Notes: a model not told the origin generated them from the sequence alone. A stretch of 64,000 nucleotides of DNA from Octopus sinensis (GCF_006345805.1 NC_043012.1:27156001-27220000); one strand, 5' to 3'. Numbered from the stretch's first letter, positions 13,601-26,735 are shown. Numbers and translations are program-made.

Positions 13601-15820
13601 GATCCCTTATTTAAAATAAGACACCTCATCAACTGCGTTCAAAATGCATATGAAACATTTTACAACCCTGGGGGATACTTATATGTCGATGAGGGAATGG
13701 TGGGGTATAAAGGAAGGGTACCCTTCTGACAGTATATGCCAGGAAAGCCCACGAAATGGGGGATCAAAGTTTAGAAAATATGTGAAGCAAATACTGGGTA
13801 CTGCTGTGGATTTAGCTTCTATACGGAGAAAAGAGACAATAATGTTAGTTAGCACGGCTTAGGGTACTATGTGGTCTGGAATTTATCTCTTCCATACCAT
13901 AACCAGGGCCGTATATTATTTTTTGACTGATTTTTTAGTTCAGTCAAACTTGTGGTGGATTTAGAAGCTGTGGCAATGTATACATATGCTACAGTAATTG
14001 CTAGTAGAAAGGGGCTGCCGTTGGATATAAAAAAAGCAAAATTAAAAGAATGAGGTGAAATAATCCAACGACAGAAAGGAAATCTGCTAGTGACCGCATA
14101 CAGAGATAAGAGGCAAATAAATTTTTCTATCTACCTGTGCACAACCATGTGTAGATGAAAATGGCACTCTGTTTGTGAACTTTGATTATAACAGGTACAT
14201 GGACGGTGTGGATTGGCTGAACCAGATGATGAGTTATTATCCGGTTGGTAGACTGGGTAATAAATGGCGGTGATACCTGGTTTGGTATATAGTAAACATG
14301 AGCATTGTAAATGCATTTATATTATATACCAAATCAGGAGGGGTTTGCAAGAGGTGCGACCATCTGCAGTTCCGAGCAGATGTAGCAATGCAGTTGAGGG
14401 CAGGTTATTCCTCAAAAAAAATAACTGCAGGAAGGAAAAGCAAAGCCTGCTAGAGAGAGTTCAGCCAATCTACATAAATTAGAAAAAATCAGGGGTCGCA
14501 AAAGGCAGTGCCATGAACATCAACAAAGAAAAACTCCCAGTGGACAGCCAGTTGAAACATCTTTCCAATGGGCATTCTGCAAGGTTGCAGTATGTAGAGT
14601 GGGATGTTTTACAACTTTCCATGATGGAAATATTGAGTGAATATTATTTGTATATATGTATAATTAGACTGTATAAATGTTTTTCAAATTCACTTAGTTT
14701 AACTTTTTATTTTAATTTGCCTGTAAGGTGAGTGACAAGTTTTGATTTAATTTCTATTGTAAATCTTTATTATATATGTTCCTGTGTATTCATGTATGTG
14801 TGTGCATATATTTCATTCAGTTGTATTTAATTTTCTAGTTTTTCTTCAAAAACAAATTCCAGTATTTTAGTTTATTCTACCTTTATGGCACACCTGTTCT
14901 TCTGTGCGTTAAATTCAACTGATAATCTTAGTGATGTGCACAATTCTTCTATATCAAAATTTTGTTGACAAAAATTATGCAATAGAATTCATTAAGAACC
15001 CCTTCTTCAATTATGTTCCAAATATCACATTAATATGTCAATAAGTAAAAAAGTTACAGTTGTTTAATGAAAGTAGTCTAAATTCATGATTATTTTAGAA
15101 TTTAATTGAAACTCATGAGGGTTGTAATTTGGTCAGAAATATAGTAACGAAAGGGTTAAAGTTAACCTAATAAAGACTACAGTTGTTGTTAGCAAGAAAA
15201 CAGATAAGACTGCTTCCATTAGGTATATAGCCCTGCTCAATATGAAAGAGAGGAAAGTAATTCGATTCACTGCACCCAGCGCAAGCTATGAACACATAAG
15301 AGATGCAGTAGAATTTCAAGTAGATTAACAGGGATTAACATGTGTGACAGTTTCAAGTAGATTAACAGTAGATTAACATGTGTGACAGATGTGCAGAAAC
15401 AATAGTCAATATGAGCGCACGGGACATAGACTCTCTCAAATTCCCAGGAGGCTCTCTTGAAGCAGTAGATAGTTTCTGCTACTTAGGTGGTCAAATTAGT
15501 GATGGTGGTGGGTGCTCAGAAAATACTGTTTCTAGAATAAGAATAGGATGGAGAAAGTTCAGAGAATTACTAACTCTGTTGGAAACAAAAGGACTCTCTC
15601 TCAGAGTGATAGGTAGATTGTATGATGCCTGTGTGAAAACAGCTATACTCCATAGTAGTGAGACATGGGCTCTGAATGCAGAGGACATGTGTAAACCAGA
15701 GAGGAATGAAGGTAATATGGTCTGCAGGATGTGCAACATCAGTGTGCATGACTGACAAAGTGCAACTGTATTGAGAGAAAAGTTAGGTATAAGACAAATT
15801 AAATGTGGCATACAGGAGAT
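10700..15820 (+). mobile_element. Old RTE LINE (EN+RT, many stops and frameshifts) interrupted by piggyBac
   Basis: 'GGVGILL...ISAYAPQ...AGDFN', 'QFGFVSGRSTTDAIF...FVDLEKVFDRVPR', 'GWRKFRELL...RLYDACV'. The GLKVNL-coding ggccttaaagttaac is split at TTAA by the piggyBac. Confidence 0.9.
12738..15155 (+). mobile_element. piggyBac element, defective transposase (copy 1)
   Basis: TTAA TSD (12734-37, 15156-59); TIRs CCCTTTCATTACTA / TAGTAACGAAAGGG; motifs 'FDPLFKIR', 'YVDEGM', 'KPTKWGIK', 'FFD*FF', 'DYNRYMDGVD'. Confidence 0.93.
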
Positions 15821-15824
15821 ACAT

Positions 15825-16115
15825 ATATATATGCCCTCAGTTGCTAAGATGGCCACCCTTGCTAGCTATGCAGATGACACAAAAGTCTCTCAGACAATAC
15901 AAAACCCTGGAAATATTGCACATCTGCAATGGGAGTTGGATACAATATACAGATCGGCTGAGGACAACAATATGCAGTTTAATGCAGGGAAGTTCCAAGC
16001 CCTGTGCTACCGGCACACAAAGGTGAACGACATGCAGACCGGATACACTGGCCCGGGAAGAATTGCAATTCCTGAGTCAAAATCAGTGCATGACCTGGGC
16101 ATTGACATGAGCAAT
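15825..16115 (+). mobile_element. CR1-group LINE RT fragment
   Basis: 'LASYADDTKV...LQWELD...NNMQFNAGKFQAL...DLGIDMS'. Confidence 0.85.
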
Positions 16116-16455
16116 GGCAATATGTACTTGGAAAAATGTCACTTTTCAAAAAATTGTCTGGATTTCTTTTTATCATTGTCTTGAGAGAGAGAGAGAGAGA
16201 GCTTGAGTGTGGGTGTCTGTGTCAAGGAGTGCCAAATGGAAAAGGGAATGAAAGGAAGGAGGAGGAGAGAAAGAAGAAAAAATGTGTTTACATTTTTGCA
16301 GCTGGTCAGTCTTTCAATAGTAAATGATTTGTGGCTTTTAGAAATGGTAAACCCAGCTGGTCACTTCAAGGGGGCAAAATGTCACTTCTCAAAAAATTGT
16401 CTGGATTTCTTTTTATCATTACATATATATCATCATCATCATCATATATATATAT

Positions 16456-16502
<47 letters not shown>

Positions 16503-16509
16503 TATAATT

Positions 16510-16581
16510 ATTATTTGAGGGAATATGAATCCCAACTTACAGGAAAAAAATTCAATTTAGAAAAACTAAATCAAATTTCAC

Positions 16582-16616
<35 letters not shown>

Positions 16617-16920
16617 TAGAAAAAAAACACCTTTTATCAATTCAAAGTGAACAATTAAATTACACCATCTAGAAAATCACATATATCAGAAATATTAAAA
16701 TAACAATAGAATACCGATGATTAAGTAAATTGCAAAAAAAATAATAAAAACGTATATAATTGGTAGAATAATGACACGTGTTCCGTGGCTATATTTAAGA
16801 AATGATTATAGTAAAAAAATTAATAGTAGTAGTAAAATCACTTCAATATAAATATACCCACTCATGAGGTTAAAAATAAACTAGAATAATAAAATAATTA
16901 ATTAATAAATCTATTTTAAA

Positions 16921-16956
<36 letters not shown>

Positions 16957-18993
16957 TATATATATATATATATAAGATACTAAAACACATGAAGTGAAAA
17001 CTAAAAAAAACACTTAAATTATTCAATACTTTAAACTTAATTAATATACACAATGCTAGTACAAGTCATTAATATTGTAATCAAAATAAGAAATGGTTCA
17101 AATATAGACAAACTCATTAAATAAGCTAACTATATAATTAATATATATGTGTAGTATCAATAGATTTAATATAGTTGACTAAATATCAATTAATATAATA
17201 CCTAATTATCTTAAATTTAATACTACTTAATAAATAATAAATATACCACCTAATAATTAAATGATATATTGTCTAATAAAACTAATTCTTAAATTAAATG
17301 TAATATGTTAGATTCCTTTATAAAAAAACATCTAAATAAATAGATATAAGAATTAATATCTATCGTAACTTATAACTATCAATATATATAAAAATGATAT
17401 AATGGTGAGATTTATTTGCTAATGGAAAGTAAGAAACATTTAAGCCCCATAAATTAAAGAAAGGTGCAAAAATATTAGAACCAATCACAATCACCAGTCC
17501 ACTACAAATCCAGTCAATAACAATAATGATAATAACAACGATCAAACTCAAAATAATACAAGATCCTAATAATATTGATAAACAAATTATGTTACGAATT
17601 TCAACGATTAAAATAATCTATCTGGATTTTAAATGTATAAATATGTTTTAGCGTCTAATTAATATACCCATTGCTATTACTAGTAATGAATAATACAATA
17701 AAAAATTGGAAATAGTTCAAATATACACAAATCCATTATATAGACTAATTATATTATTAATATCTATGTGTAATATCTATAGATTTAATATTTCACACGA
17801 TAATAAAGTTAAACATAATATTAATATTAATAAAATAAAAACTAATTTACTTAGATGTAATACCACTTAATAAAAATATTACCTAATTATTAAAAAAATA
17901 TACAGTCTAACGAAACTAATTCTCAAAAATAAATTATATGTAAAACGTTAAATTCCTATATAAAAATTAAAAGATAAAAATTAAAAGATATCACATCTAA
18001 TATCGAATGTAAAAAATAACTATCAAGAAACTATAAATATACAACAATATTACAACAACAATAATAATAATAATAATTTCAAGCCCAAAATGATTCCAAC
18101 TTCAAATGAAATAGATAAACGATAAAATGTCAAATGTAACTTATCTTAGCGAAGGAAAATAGTAACTGAATTTTAAATGTAAGATAGTTAAAGCGTTTAT
18201 AAAATTTAACGCGTGAAGACTTAGTGCAAAGGAATAGAATACTCAATGAAAATGGCAAATTATTTTTATCAATGAAAAATATGAAAAAAACGAAAAAACA
18301 TTTAAGCCTCATGAACTAAAGAAATGTGAGAAAAAAACTACTTATGGAGGAACTAATATGAAGACACCCAACTAAAACTAACAGACCCCTCATAATAAAT
18401 CAATAACAATATTAACAACAACTAAATATTAATCCCAAAACAATACAAAATCCAAACGAAATGGAGAAAAGAACGTTGCTTAGTTAGTTGAGAAAGTATC
18501 ACTAGATTATAAACATAAAGAATAGTTCTTAGCATTTATAAGAAATAAAACCTTTGGAGACGTTGCGTGGAAAAATAGAATAAAATTATTAATGAGAATG
18601 ACTGAAAGGAATTTATTAATGAAAAATACGGGAATTATTTAAGCTTCATGAATCAAAGATAATTAATAAAAATAGTATAATAAGTATTACAAGTTCATCA
18701 AAACTACCCAGACCCTACATCAAGCCGTACGTGATTATTATTATTATCATTATTATTATCACCATTATTAATATCATTATTATTATTACCATCACTACCA
18801 CTAACCCAAACTACAACAAACCTCCAACTATCGCCAAATTTATTAACAGCCGACTACCCCCCTACCATTCAACCCCTCCAATAATCTCCAACACATGAAG
18901 CCCAAACTCATCGCAAACTAACCATCAACAAATTTTATTCGTCATTTTGTTTAAAATATTAATATAACATATAATAAAATAGTAAAATATACT
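16510..18993. repeat. Very AT-rich, A-skewed repeat region, probably a Penelope-type LTR/UTR
   Basis: Internal diverged duplication (about 17160-17320 vs 17780-17960), (TA)n and (ATT)n tracts, and a decayed hammerhead-like motif on the minus strand at about 16772-16872. Confidence 0.4.
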
Positions 18994-19093
18994 NNNNNNN
19001 NNNNNNNNNNNNNNNNNNNNNNNNNNNNNNNNNNNNNNNNNNNNNNNNNNNNNNNNNNNNNNNNNNNNNNNNNNNNNNNNNNNNNNNNNNNNN
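18994..19093. other. Assembly gap (100 N)
   Basis: Direct reading. Confidence 1.
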
Positions 19094-19926
19094 AAGACTG
19101 GATACACTGGCCCAGGAAGAATTGCAATCCCTGAGTCAAAATCAGTGCGTGACCTGGGCATTGACATGAGCAATGATGCATCTTGCCAAATGCATATTGC
19201 TAATCTGGTGATAAAATGCAGACGGCTAGCTGGATGGATTCTCCGAACTTTCAGAACAAGAGAGAAGGAGACACTGATGATCCTATGGAAAACATTCGTC
19301 CTCAGCCGCTTGGACTACTGCTCCCAACTTTGGTCACCACACAATATAACACAAACAGCAGAACTCGAAGCAATTCAGAGAAGCTACACAAAGAAAATCG
19401 TCTCAATGCAAAATATCAGCTACTGGGAAAGACAGAAGGTATTAAACCTCTTCTCCCTGGAGCGGAGGCGGGAGAGATATGCAGTGATATACATCTGGAA
19501 AATCCTGGAGGGTCTTGTCCCAAACTTTGGCATTCAAAGTTACTCCAACCGCAGAACGGGGCGCCGCTGCGTGGTGCCAAGGATTCCAACATCATCATCA
19601 AAATACAGGTCCAGATACTGCAACAGCTTGGGTTTCAGAGGACCACAGCTCTTTAACATCATCCCTAAATGCCTGAGAGACTTACATTGTGTGGATGTGG
19701 GTTTCTTTAAAACTAAACTGGATCTCTTCTTGTTGGGAGTCCCAGATGAACCTACCTCACGACAGGAGACGCGGATGCGGGCAGCAGCATCGAACTCCCT
19801 TGTTGATCAAGTGCCACGTATCAGAGATGGATTCACAAACTAGTGTAGCTCATTCAGCGGTGGTGCCCCAGCATGGCCGCGGCCTTCGGGCTAAAACATT
19901 TTTATGGATTTAAGGATTTTAAGGAT
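19094..19926 (+). mobile_element. CR1-group LINE 3' end (same family as 15825-16115)
   Basis: 232-aa ORF 'RLDYCSQLWSP...LEAIQR...LFSLERRRERY...FKTKLD'; short (TTTAAGGAT)-like tail. Confidence 0.9.
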
Positions 19927-19945
19927 ATATATATTAAATCAAATA

Positions 19946-20682
19946 TTAGAGACAGAACCTCCTTCAACTCAATCAACACTAAAAGGTTTTATACCCGACC
20001 ACTCCATAAAATGTTAGAAATTAAATCTTATACTAACTACTATTTGTAGTACCTCCTATACATAGGTATTATCAAACGCAGATTTTACCTTATTTGCAAG
20101 ACGTAGCTATGTCTAAATTTCGCCAAGGAAAGAAAAGATAAGTTAACATTAGTTTTATTTCATTATTGTTTCATTTTTTTTCGTATTTGTTTATTCACAA
20201 TTCTTTATTTGGAACATTTATTCGTAATTTTTACTCGCATTTTTTTCTCTTTAAAATTTTTTCCGTAAAGGCTTTTTCCTCAAATGTTTATTCCTTAAAT
20301 TTTTAATTATTTTTTATTCCTTAAATTTTTACTCCTCAAAGTTTTAATATTCAGTTATTATTTTTATTTATATTTCTATTCATTTGTATATGTTAAGTAA
20401 GATTATATTGAAGATATAGAGTATCATTGTAGTATATAAGAGATAGGGATAGTGAAAAATGTTGAGGAATCCAGACCTGAAAACTAGAGGTATGTCGACC
20501 CGAATAAGTATTGAAACTAGATACCTCATATCTAATCAATACTGACGTACTTTCTTATAAACAGAAAATACAAGATTCAGAATAGATATAGTTAGTATAA
20601 GATTTAATTTTTAACATTTTATGGAGTGGTCGGGTATACAACATTTCAGTGTTGATTGAGTTGAAGGCGGTTCTGTCTCTAA
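19946..20682. mobile_element. Non-autonomous element with ~93-bp terminal inverted repeats
   Basis: 19946-20038 is the reverse complement of 20589-20682 with few mismatches. Flanks are TA-rich. Confidence 0.7.
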
Positions 20683-20813
20683 AATTACTTTTATATATAT
20701 GAATTAAACATTGAGAGATGTTCATTTTAGTGCATCTAATTTGAATGTCTTTTTCCTGTGTACTTGGAAGTAATATTCAATAATAATTAAAATAATATAT
20801 ATATATAGATATA

Positions 20814-21228
20814 CAGGGTGGACCAAAATGATCTGACACATTTGAAGGCTTGATAAAAGCACAAAATAAGAAATAATGAAAAGAAAAAATTTATTTTCTG
20901 AATGTACATATAATGCCATTTTATTTCATTAAGTTTTAAAAATTAAATCAGCTAAATGCTTCCCATCATTGTCAACACACTGTTGGAGACGTTCATGAAA
21001 GTTATCGATATATCTATGGATCATTTCTTCTGGAATGGTTAAATGTGATTTCTTCTTGTGGGGATATTTAAAATCAATAGTATTCAGTCATCGCCCTCGA
21101 TCTATTGATGAATTAAAATGTGCAATTTGTGTAGAAATAGCAACCATTCCAGAAGAAATGATCCATAGAGTTATCGATAACTTTCATGAACGTCTCCAAC
21201 AGTGTGTTGACAATGATGGGAAACATTT
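20814..21228. mobile_element. Tc1/mariner (rosa-like) derivative with internal fold-back
   Basis: TA|CAGGGTGGACCAAAA terminus; 'CDFFLWGYLKS.VF..RP.SIDELK..I...I..IP.EM' transposase C-terminus; 20954-21040 is the inverse of 21142-21228. Confidence 0.8.
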
Positions 21229-21229
21229 A

Positions 21230-22330
21230 TAGAAGAATTTTACCATTAGTTGTGGATATGGGAATGGGCTCCAACTATACATACCTGTTTCTCAGCTATT
21301 TTGAGACCCAAATGTCCTCACAGTTTACTGGTCCCACTCCTGAGCTATACAGTCAGACATCTATCAGCATGATCTCACACTCATATGTACAACTTAACTC
21401 CTTTCTCTCTTTCATCCTGTCCTTGAATTCTCCTGCTCTCTCTCAAACACCTGTTAATTTTCTAGATATTTCTGTTGCCATCAACCACTCCTCTCTTACC
21501 ACCTCCATCCACTATATGCCCAGACTTTCACTCCTACCCACACCAAACTAGCCATCTCTAGTTCCTCCAATGCTATCAGCGCTGTAATGATGACCAGGAC
21601 TTTGTGACAAAGTCCTAACTTATAGCTTGTCACTTACCTCAACGGGGATACAACCTCACCATCATTATTCAAATCACCCTTGCCCATGCCCAGTCTGTTG
21701 ACACCTTCACCCACCCCCTTCCCTCCAACACACCATTTTATATGCTTTCGACCAACTCCAATCTGACCCCCTCCACCTTCACCACCATTAAACATGCCAG
21801 CAACCAACATGACCTACTAGTTCGTAGCTTCTTTCCCATTCCTGGTACTCAACCTGGCTCCTTGCCCTCCTCATCCACACTGCTGCACCTGTCCCTTTCT
21901 TTCTAAAACCACTGTCCTTACTAGTACTCACCACTACCCCTACCATCTCACCATCTCATTCACTTGCACCTCCAACAATCTGATCTACTTTCTCTGCCAC
22001 TTCCCAAACATTGGACAAACTGACCAGCACTAAGCTGATTATTTTGCTGAACATCTTTGGGACATTAGATTAGGAAATGACACTCTGGTCACCACCATTT
22101 CCACTCAACTGGTCATTCTCCGCAACATCTGTTTGTGTTTGGACTGGCCTTGCACAGAGGCCAGCTGGACTCCCATCTCTATCAACCTAACAAACTGTTT
22201 GTTGTTCTTTCACCTTGTCTTTGCATATTCTTTATTTTTGGACCATACATACATAACCACTGACTCATCCAGGAGAGTATTAAATCCAAATGAGAACTGT
22301 CTCAGATCACGTTATCTTCTCCCAGGCTAG
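21230..22330 (+). mobile_element. Decayed Penelope-like element (RT C-terminus plus GIY-YIG)
   Basis: 'MGSNYTYLFLSYFE', 'VNFLDISV...LTTSIHY', 'FTCTSNNLIY', 'IGQT', 'FAEHL.DIR', 'HFHSTGHS'. Confidence 0.75.
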
Positions 22331-22961
22331 CTTGGAAAATACTATAAAAATTGTGGGGATGGTGATAATGAATGATGACGATGATGAACATAAAATTTTT
22401 TAAACACTTATAGTTTTAATTATTAATTATTAATCCTTTATCAGATCAAACTGTTTGACATGAATAAAATGTGTGTTCCTTGGCTTAATATTTTGTTGAT
22501 ATTTTAAATCTTCAGCATCCTAGTGAAATAGTCTATAGGCAATTATTTATGCAGATTGTATTTCAACTTTTTAATAATGTAGAAGAAACTATAAAAATTT
22601 AGTGTCACATAAGAAGCATATAAAATATCTCATGAAAGGATCAATATATGGCCTTGAATTACATTATTAACAAATCAGTTAAATTAATAAGTCTGACGAA
22701 AAAGATACTGAAGATTGCTTTATGTTATTTTATATTATAAGCTGTCTGATTTAATAGGTGAAATAAATAAATAAATAAATAAATAGATAAGTAAATAAAT
22801 AAATAAAGACTGGTCAGAAAATATTCTTTTATATTACTCAGTGAAATTAATGATAAAAGCCAAATTTTTAAAATCTTTCAATTAGAGAAAAAACAACTTT
22901 CAAGATACAAAGAAAAATAAATCAAACATATTTGAAAGGATATATATTGGTGAGTACATAC

Positions 22962-23037
22962 CTTGATAAATGCAGTCTATGTTTGTAAATGGAATTTCAT
23001 TAGTAGAATTTATTGCAGACTCAAAGAAATTTTCAGG
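22962..23037 (-). CDS. MTMR10: MTMR10-like exon (76 nt), PH-GRAM domain
   Basis: Acceptor ttttgtttttaattttatag, donor gtatgt. Translates PENFFESAINSTNEIPFTNIDCIYQ+G, cf. recalled MTMR10 'HDVPLTCIEQIVTV'. Phase 0 to 1. Confidence 0.85.
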
Positions 23038-23249
23038 CTATAAAATTAAAAACAAAATTAACTAAAACACTGCATTGAATTGTTTCAATTTCATATTACA
23101 ACTAAATTGGTAAAAAAGTACAGTAAATGAAAATAGCAGATAAATTGTCATGATATCTAGAAGATACCAAATAAAATTCATAAATTTCACAATTTTTCAT
23201 GTCTCTTTTTTCCAAGAACAGCTTGATATATTGGCGAACAGTCAATGGT

Positions 23250-23900
23250 ATTGGAGAGCCTAAGGACTGAAGTTGTAGTTGGAAAAAAGTTAGCTGATGT
23301 GGAGGACTAGAAGTCATCTGAATATCACATTGATTTGTGCCAGGTATCAAAATGCTGACATCATGACAGCTACTCAGGGCTCTAAAAACACTGTAAAGGC
23401 TGTAAGATGTGACATGGAAAGCTGCAACAGAGACTACAAAACCGTGACCAACAGGAATGAACTCAGCAGACATTCTGACTGTGTCTGACCTCCAGAATTC
23501 TTTCTCTATATCTTTGTACAGGGCCTTAGGCTTAGACAGTTATGTAAAGTTACTGGAGGCTGTGGTCAATCCTTGGCTGGGGAGGGTTGCAGTTGGAAGA
23601 CTATATGTGCAGCAACAGGATTCGGCTCCTTGCCATACCTTTGAAAAGAGTCAGAAATAAGTGTAAGAGAATTTTGATGACTAATTCCTTAAATAGTAAT
23701 CCAATAGATTACTATGTGTAGGGCATGGTTAAGAAAGACACCAACCACTTTGCCAAGGTCAAGCCGCTGGCCAAGATTGAAGATGTTCCCAGACACACAG
23801 TGAGAAATGCATGCACTAGGTTCTGGAGCTGTCTTCAAACTGCGGTTGCAGTTGAGGGAGGCTACTTTGAGTAAACAGTTATCACACAACCATAATCTGG
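23250..23900 (+). mobile_element. Decayed mariner-like (maT/DD37D-type) element, internally deleted
   Basis: 'YVKLLEAVVNPWL...YVQQQDSAPCHT...SQK', 'NPIDYYV(W)GMV'. Confidence 0.7.
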
Positions 23901-24029
23901 CTGAAAATTTTTGAGTTTCTAATATATAAGGACACGATATTGTATTGTATAGCCAACTGGAAACAATGTTTCCTGGAGCTAAACAACAGTAACAATTGTT
24001 CCCTCCAGGACAGCCACATTATGTTGGCA

Positions 24030-26566
24030 AATAGTCTTTACTTTAAAGAACTGTTACTGACAATCTCTGAGAGATTTAGAAATAATAATGCTTCTATTTA
24101 TTAGATCAGTGACATAATAATCAGGATGAATGATATCATTGTAAGGATTCTCTTCATCTTCATCCTTGCTGTCCATAGTTAGAGGTAGGACATCATCCAT
24201 GTCATCCCATACTCAATTGTCTTCTGTACCATCTAATACATTTGAAATTTCACGTTTCTTGAATGATCTAACAACACTTTCAAATTTTATTTCCTTCCAT
24301 GAATCGACGATTCATTCACAAATCAGAGGTAGTGATGGAGCCCATCACCTCCTTTTGTGTACATTTTTTTCTCCTCCATCATGCATCCAGTTATTCCACT
24401 TGATTCTTATCATGTTCTTAAATGGCCTATTGATGTTAACATCTAATGGTTGTCCTAAAGTGATAGATGACAATTCCCTTTTGAAATTTCTCCTTTGGCA
24501 CAGTTTTTCTCTTAAAAACAACCATCAGTTTCAATTTAGTACCATCAGCCATACATGAAAGAATTAAAGTAATCTTACGTTTCTTGTGGCCAGTGGTTCT
24601 CATGAATACTGTTTTTTCTCCTTTTTGATTCACAATTCTATTCTCTGGCATACCAAGAATAACAGGCATTTTCATCCATGTTCCCAATACATGATAATGC
24701 ATACCCCTCTTTCTACTGCTTTCTGATTACAAACTGATGAAACTGTATTATCTTATCTAAATCAGCAGGCAGCGTTTGTGCGATCTTAGTTCTCTGCCGA
24801 AGTACTAAGTCATAATGTCTCAGGAACCTAGTGCACCAACACATGCTTTAAAATCTGAAATTCCATCCTTTTTTGATTCCTTTTGTGCATGAATTCAGGT
24901 GGCTTCACAAGTGACATACTTTCCATTTTGATGATTTTCAAGTACCCACTCTGCAACTTTTTTCTCCAGCTATAGCCACTTGCTAGGTTTTCCTCTGTTG
25001 GCACATTTTCCTTTTGGCATTGTCTGAAGTTTGTTAAATATCTTTCTACAGTCTCTCACAAGTTTCTCTGAAACACAAAATTCTCTTGCTGCTACACATT
25101 TATTTGTCTTTGCAGCAACTTCAATAACTTTTAGCTTGAATGCTGCTGTATATTTGTTATTTTTTCTGGAGGGCATTTTTATGTAAGATGGAGAAATTTT
25201 AAACCCTCAGCTATACGACTGTATTCCATGGGTGCTATACAAAAACTGAGGCTAGCTGAGCTGCAAAGAGACATTATGACCTGAGTCTGACCTGATATTT
25301 AAAAATTTTCACAATAAATTCCTTCATTGCCCTCTGTTTTCTCACCTACTTTTTTAATGTTTAAATTGCCATCACATTTTAAGCTATTTTTCTCTGATAA
25401 AAATTATTGGTTTGACTCCCATACAAGAGCTGTACATCAAATTGAATGCTGCATTAAAGCAGAAAGGAATACCAGTGCAAATTATGTTATGCCATGACAC
25501 AAGAGCTGAAATAAAAAAAAAACAGATCAGTATAAAGCTTGCAGTAATAATACAACATTAATGCATTTCGGCCTAGGTGCTATCGTATTCATGCTGACGA
25601 TCAGCTGCCATTTCATGGAATGCATTTGCCACAGGATTCTTATAAAGTAAACAGTGTGTTGCGTTCTGTGTACATGTTGTTCTTCACAGAAATGAAAAAA
25701 AAAAAACAGTTGCAGGATGTCATGTGCAGTTACCAGTAAATGTTCATAATATAGTGTAAGGTTGTTAATCTGGAGCAGGGATTCCCACAGTGTGTTCTGC
25801 AAAACCCCAGGGTTCCCTGAAAGTTATCAGGGATCCCACATTTTTAAAAATAATGTCAAAGGATTCCATGCCAAAAAAAGTTTGGGAACCTCTGATGTTT
25901 TTTGCCTTACCAAAGTCATGTTTCTGCACGAATTCATACAGTGGTGTTTGCTGTTGTTCGCCGATAGTGCTGTCTGTGAAACATGTTTCTCACCATGTAA
26001 ACAGATGAGCATATGACGCATATGTTTATTGTATCTGGAGATGAGGAAAATATAAAGGTTGCATGGGAACCACTGATCTAGAGATTAATTTAATGTTTTT
26101 AGGCTTACCAAAGTCATGCTTTTGTACAAATTCAGACAGCGGCATTTGCAATTGTTTGCCAATAGTGCTGTCTGTGAAACACGTTTCTCACCATGTAAAC
26201 AAGTGTTTGACAAATATGTTTATTGTGCTTGAAGATGTATGCAGGCTTGCAGCATATCCTGTGCATACATTTTAGTAATGGTGATGTAGCACCCACCAAT
26301 AGATGTGTAGTGTTCACTATCAAATGATGTTTTACAAACACTGAGCATTCCATTATAAGCACCAACCATTCCACCTACAGAGCTGGCTACAGTAAAGTAG
26401 CCACACAATTTTGTAACAATGATATTTGTACCCACAAATGTTGTCCTGTTGTTCACGAAATACTAGGGTCGACTTTTATACAGGGTCTATGGAAAATTCC
26501 CAATTATTTTGCCAAAAATAGGTGGGTCCACTTTTACATGAGATCAACAATTATTCAAGTATATAA
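24030..26566 (-). mobile_element. pogo-type DNA transposon (Brinker DBD + CENP-B HTH + DDE_1), decayed, with internal insertions
   Basis: 'MPSRKNNKYTAAFKLKVIEVA...AAREFCVSEKLVRD', 'QKGEKTVFMRTTGHKKRKITLILSCMADGTKLKLMVVFKRK', 'QPLDVNINRPFK'. Decayed TIR-like tatatacttgaataa..gtggac at about 26520-26566; boundaries approximate. Confidence 0.8.
25776..26075. mobile_element. hAT (Charlie-type) MITE
   Basis: TIRs CAGGGATTCCCA / TGGGAACCACTG; 8-bp TSD atctggag (25768-75) and atctagag (26076-83), fitting NTCTAGAN. Confidence 0.75.
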
Positions 26567-26609
26567 AATGTGTGTGTGTATGTATGTATGTATACACACA
26601 CACACATAT

Positions 26610-26735
26610 CATCATTATTCAATGTGTTTTCCCTGCTGGCATGGGTTGGATGGTTTGACAGGAGCTGGTCAGGTAGAGAGCTGCCCAGGCACTATGTCTT
26701 TTTTGGTTTGGTTTCTACAGTTGGATGCTCTTATG
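26610..26735 (-). mobile_element. RTE 3' tail fragment
   Basis: Same GCATCCAACTGTAGAAAC...AACCCATGCCAGC motif and GAT tail as the other copies. Confidence 0.7.

Noticed and set aside
13770-14275. Idea that piggyBac TAG/TGA stops are repaired by A-to-I editing
   Set aside because: Frameshifts and deletions also break the ORF, and most stops fit CpG decay of CGA (Arg), not Trp.
16900-18993. Possible NUMT / mitochondrial control region
   Set aside because: No recognisable mitochondrial tRNA, rRNA or protein motifs; internal duplication and a hammerhead relic favour a nuclear repeat.
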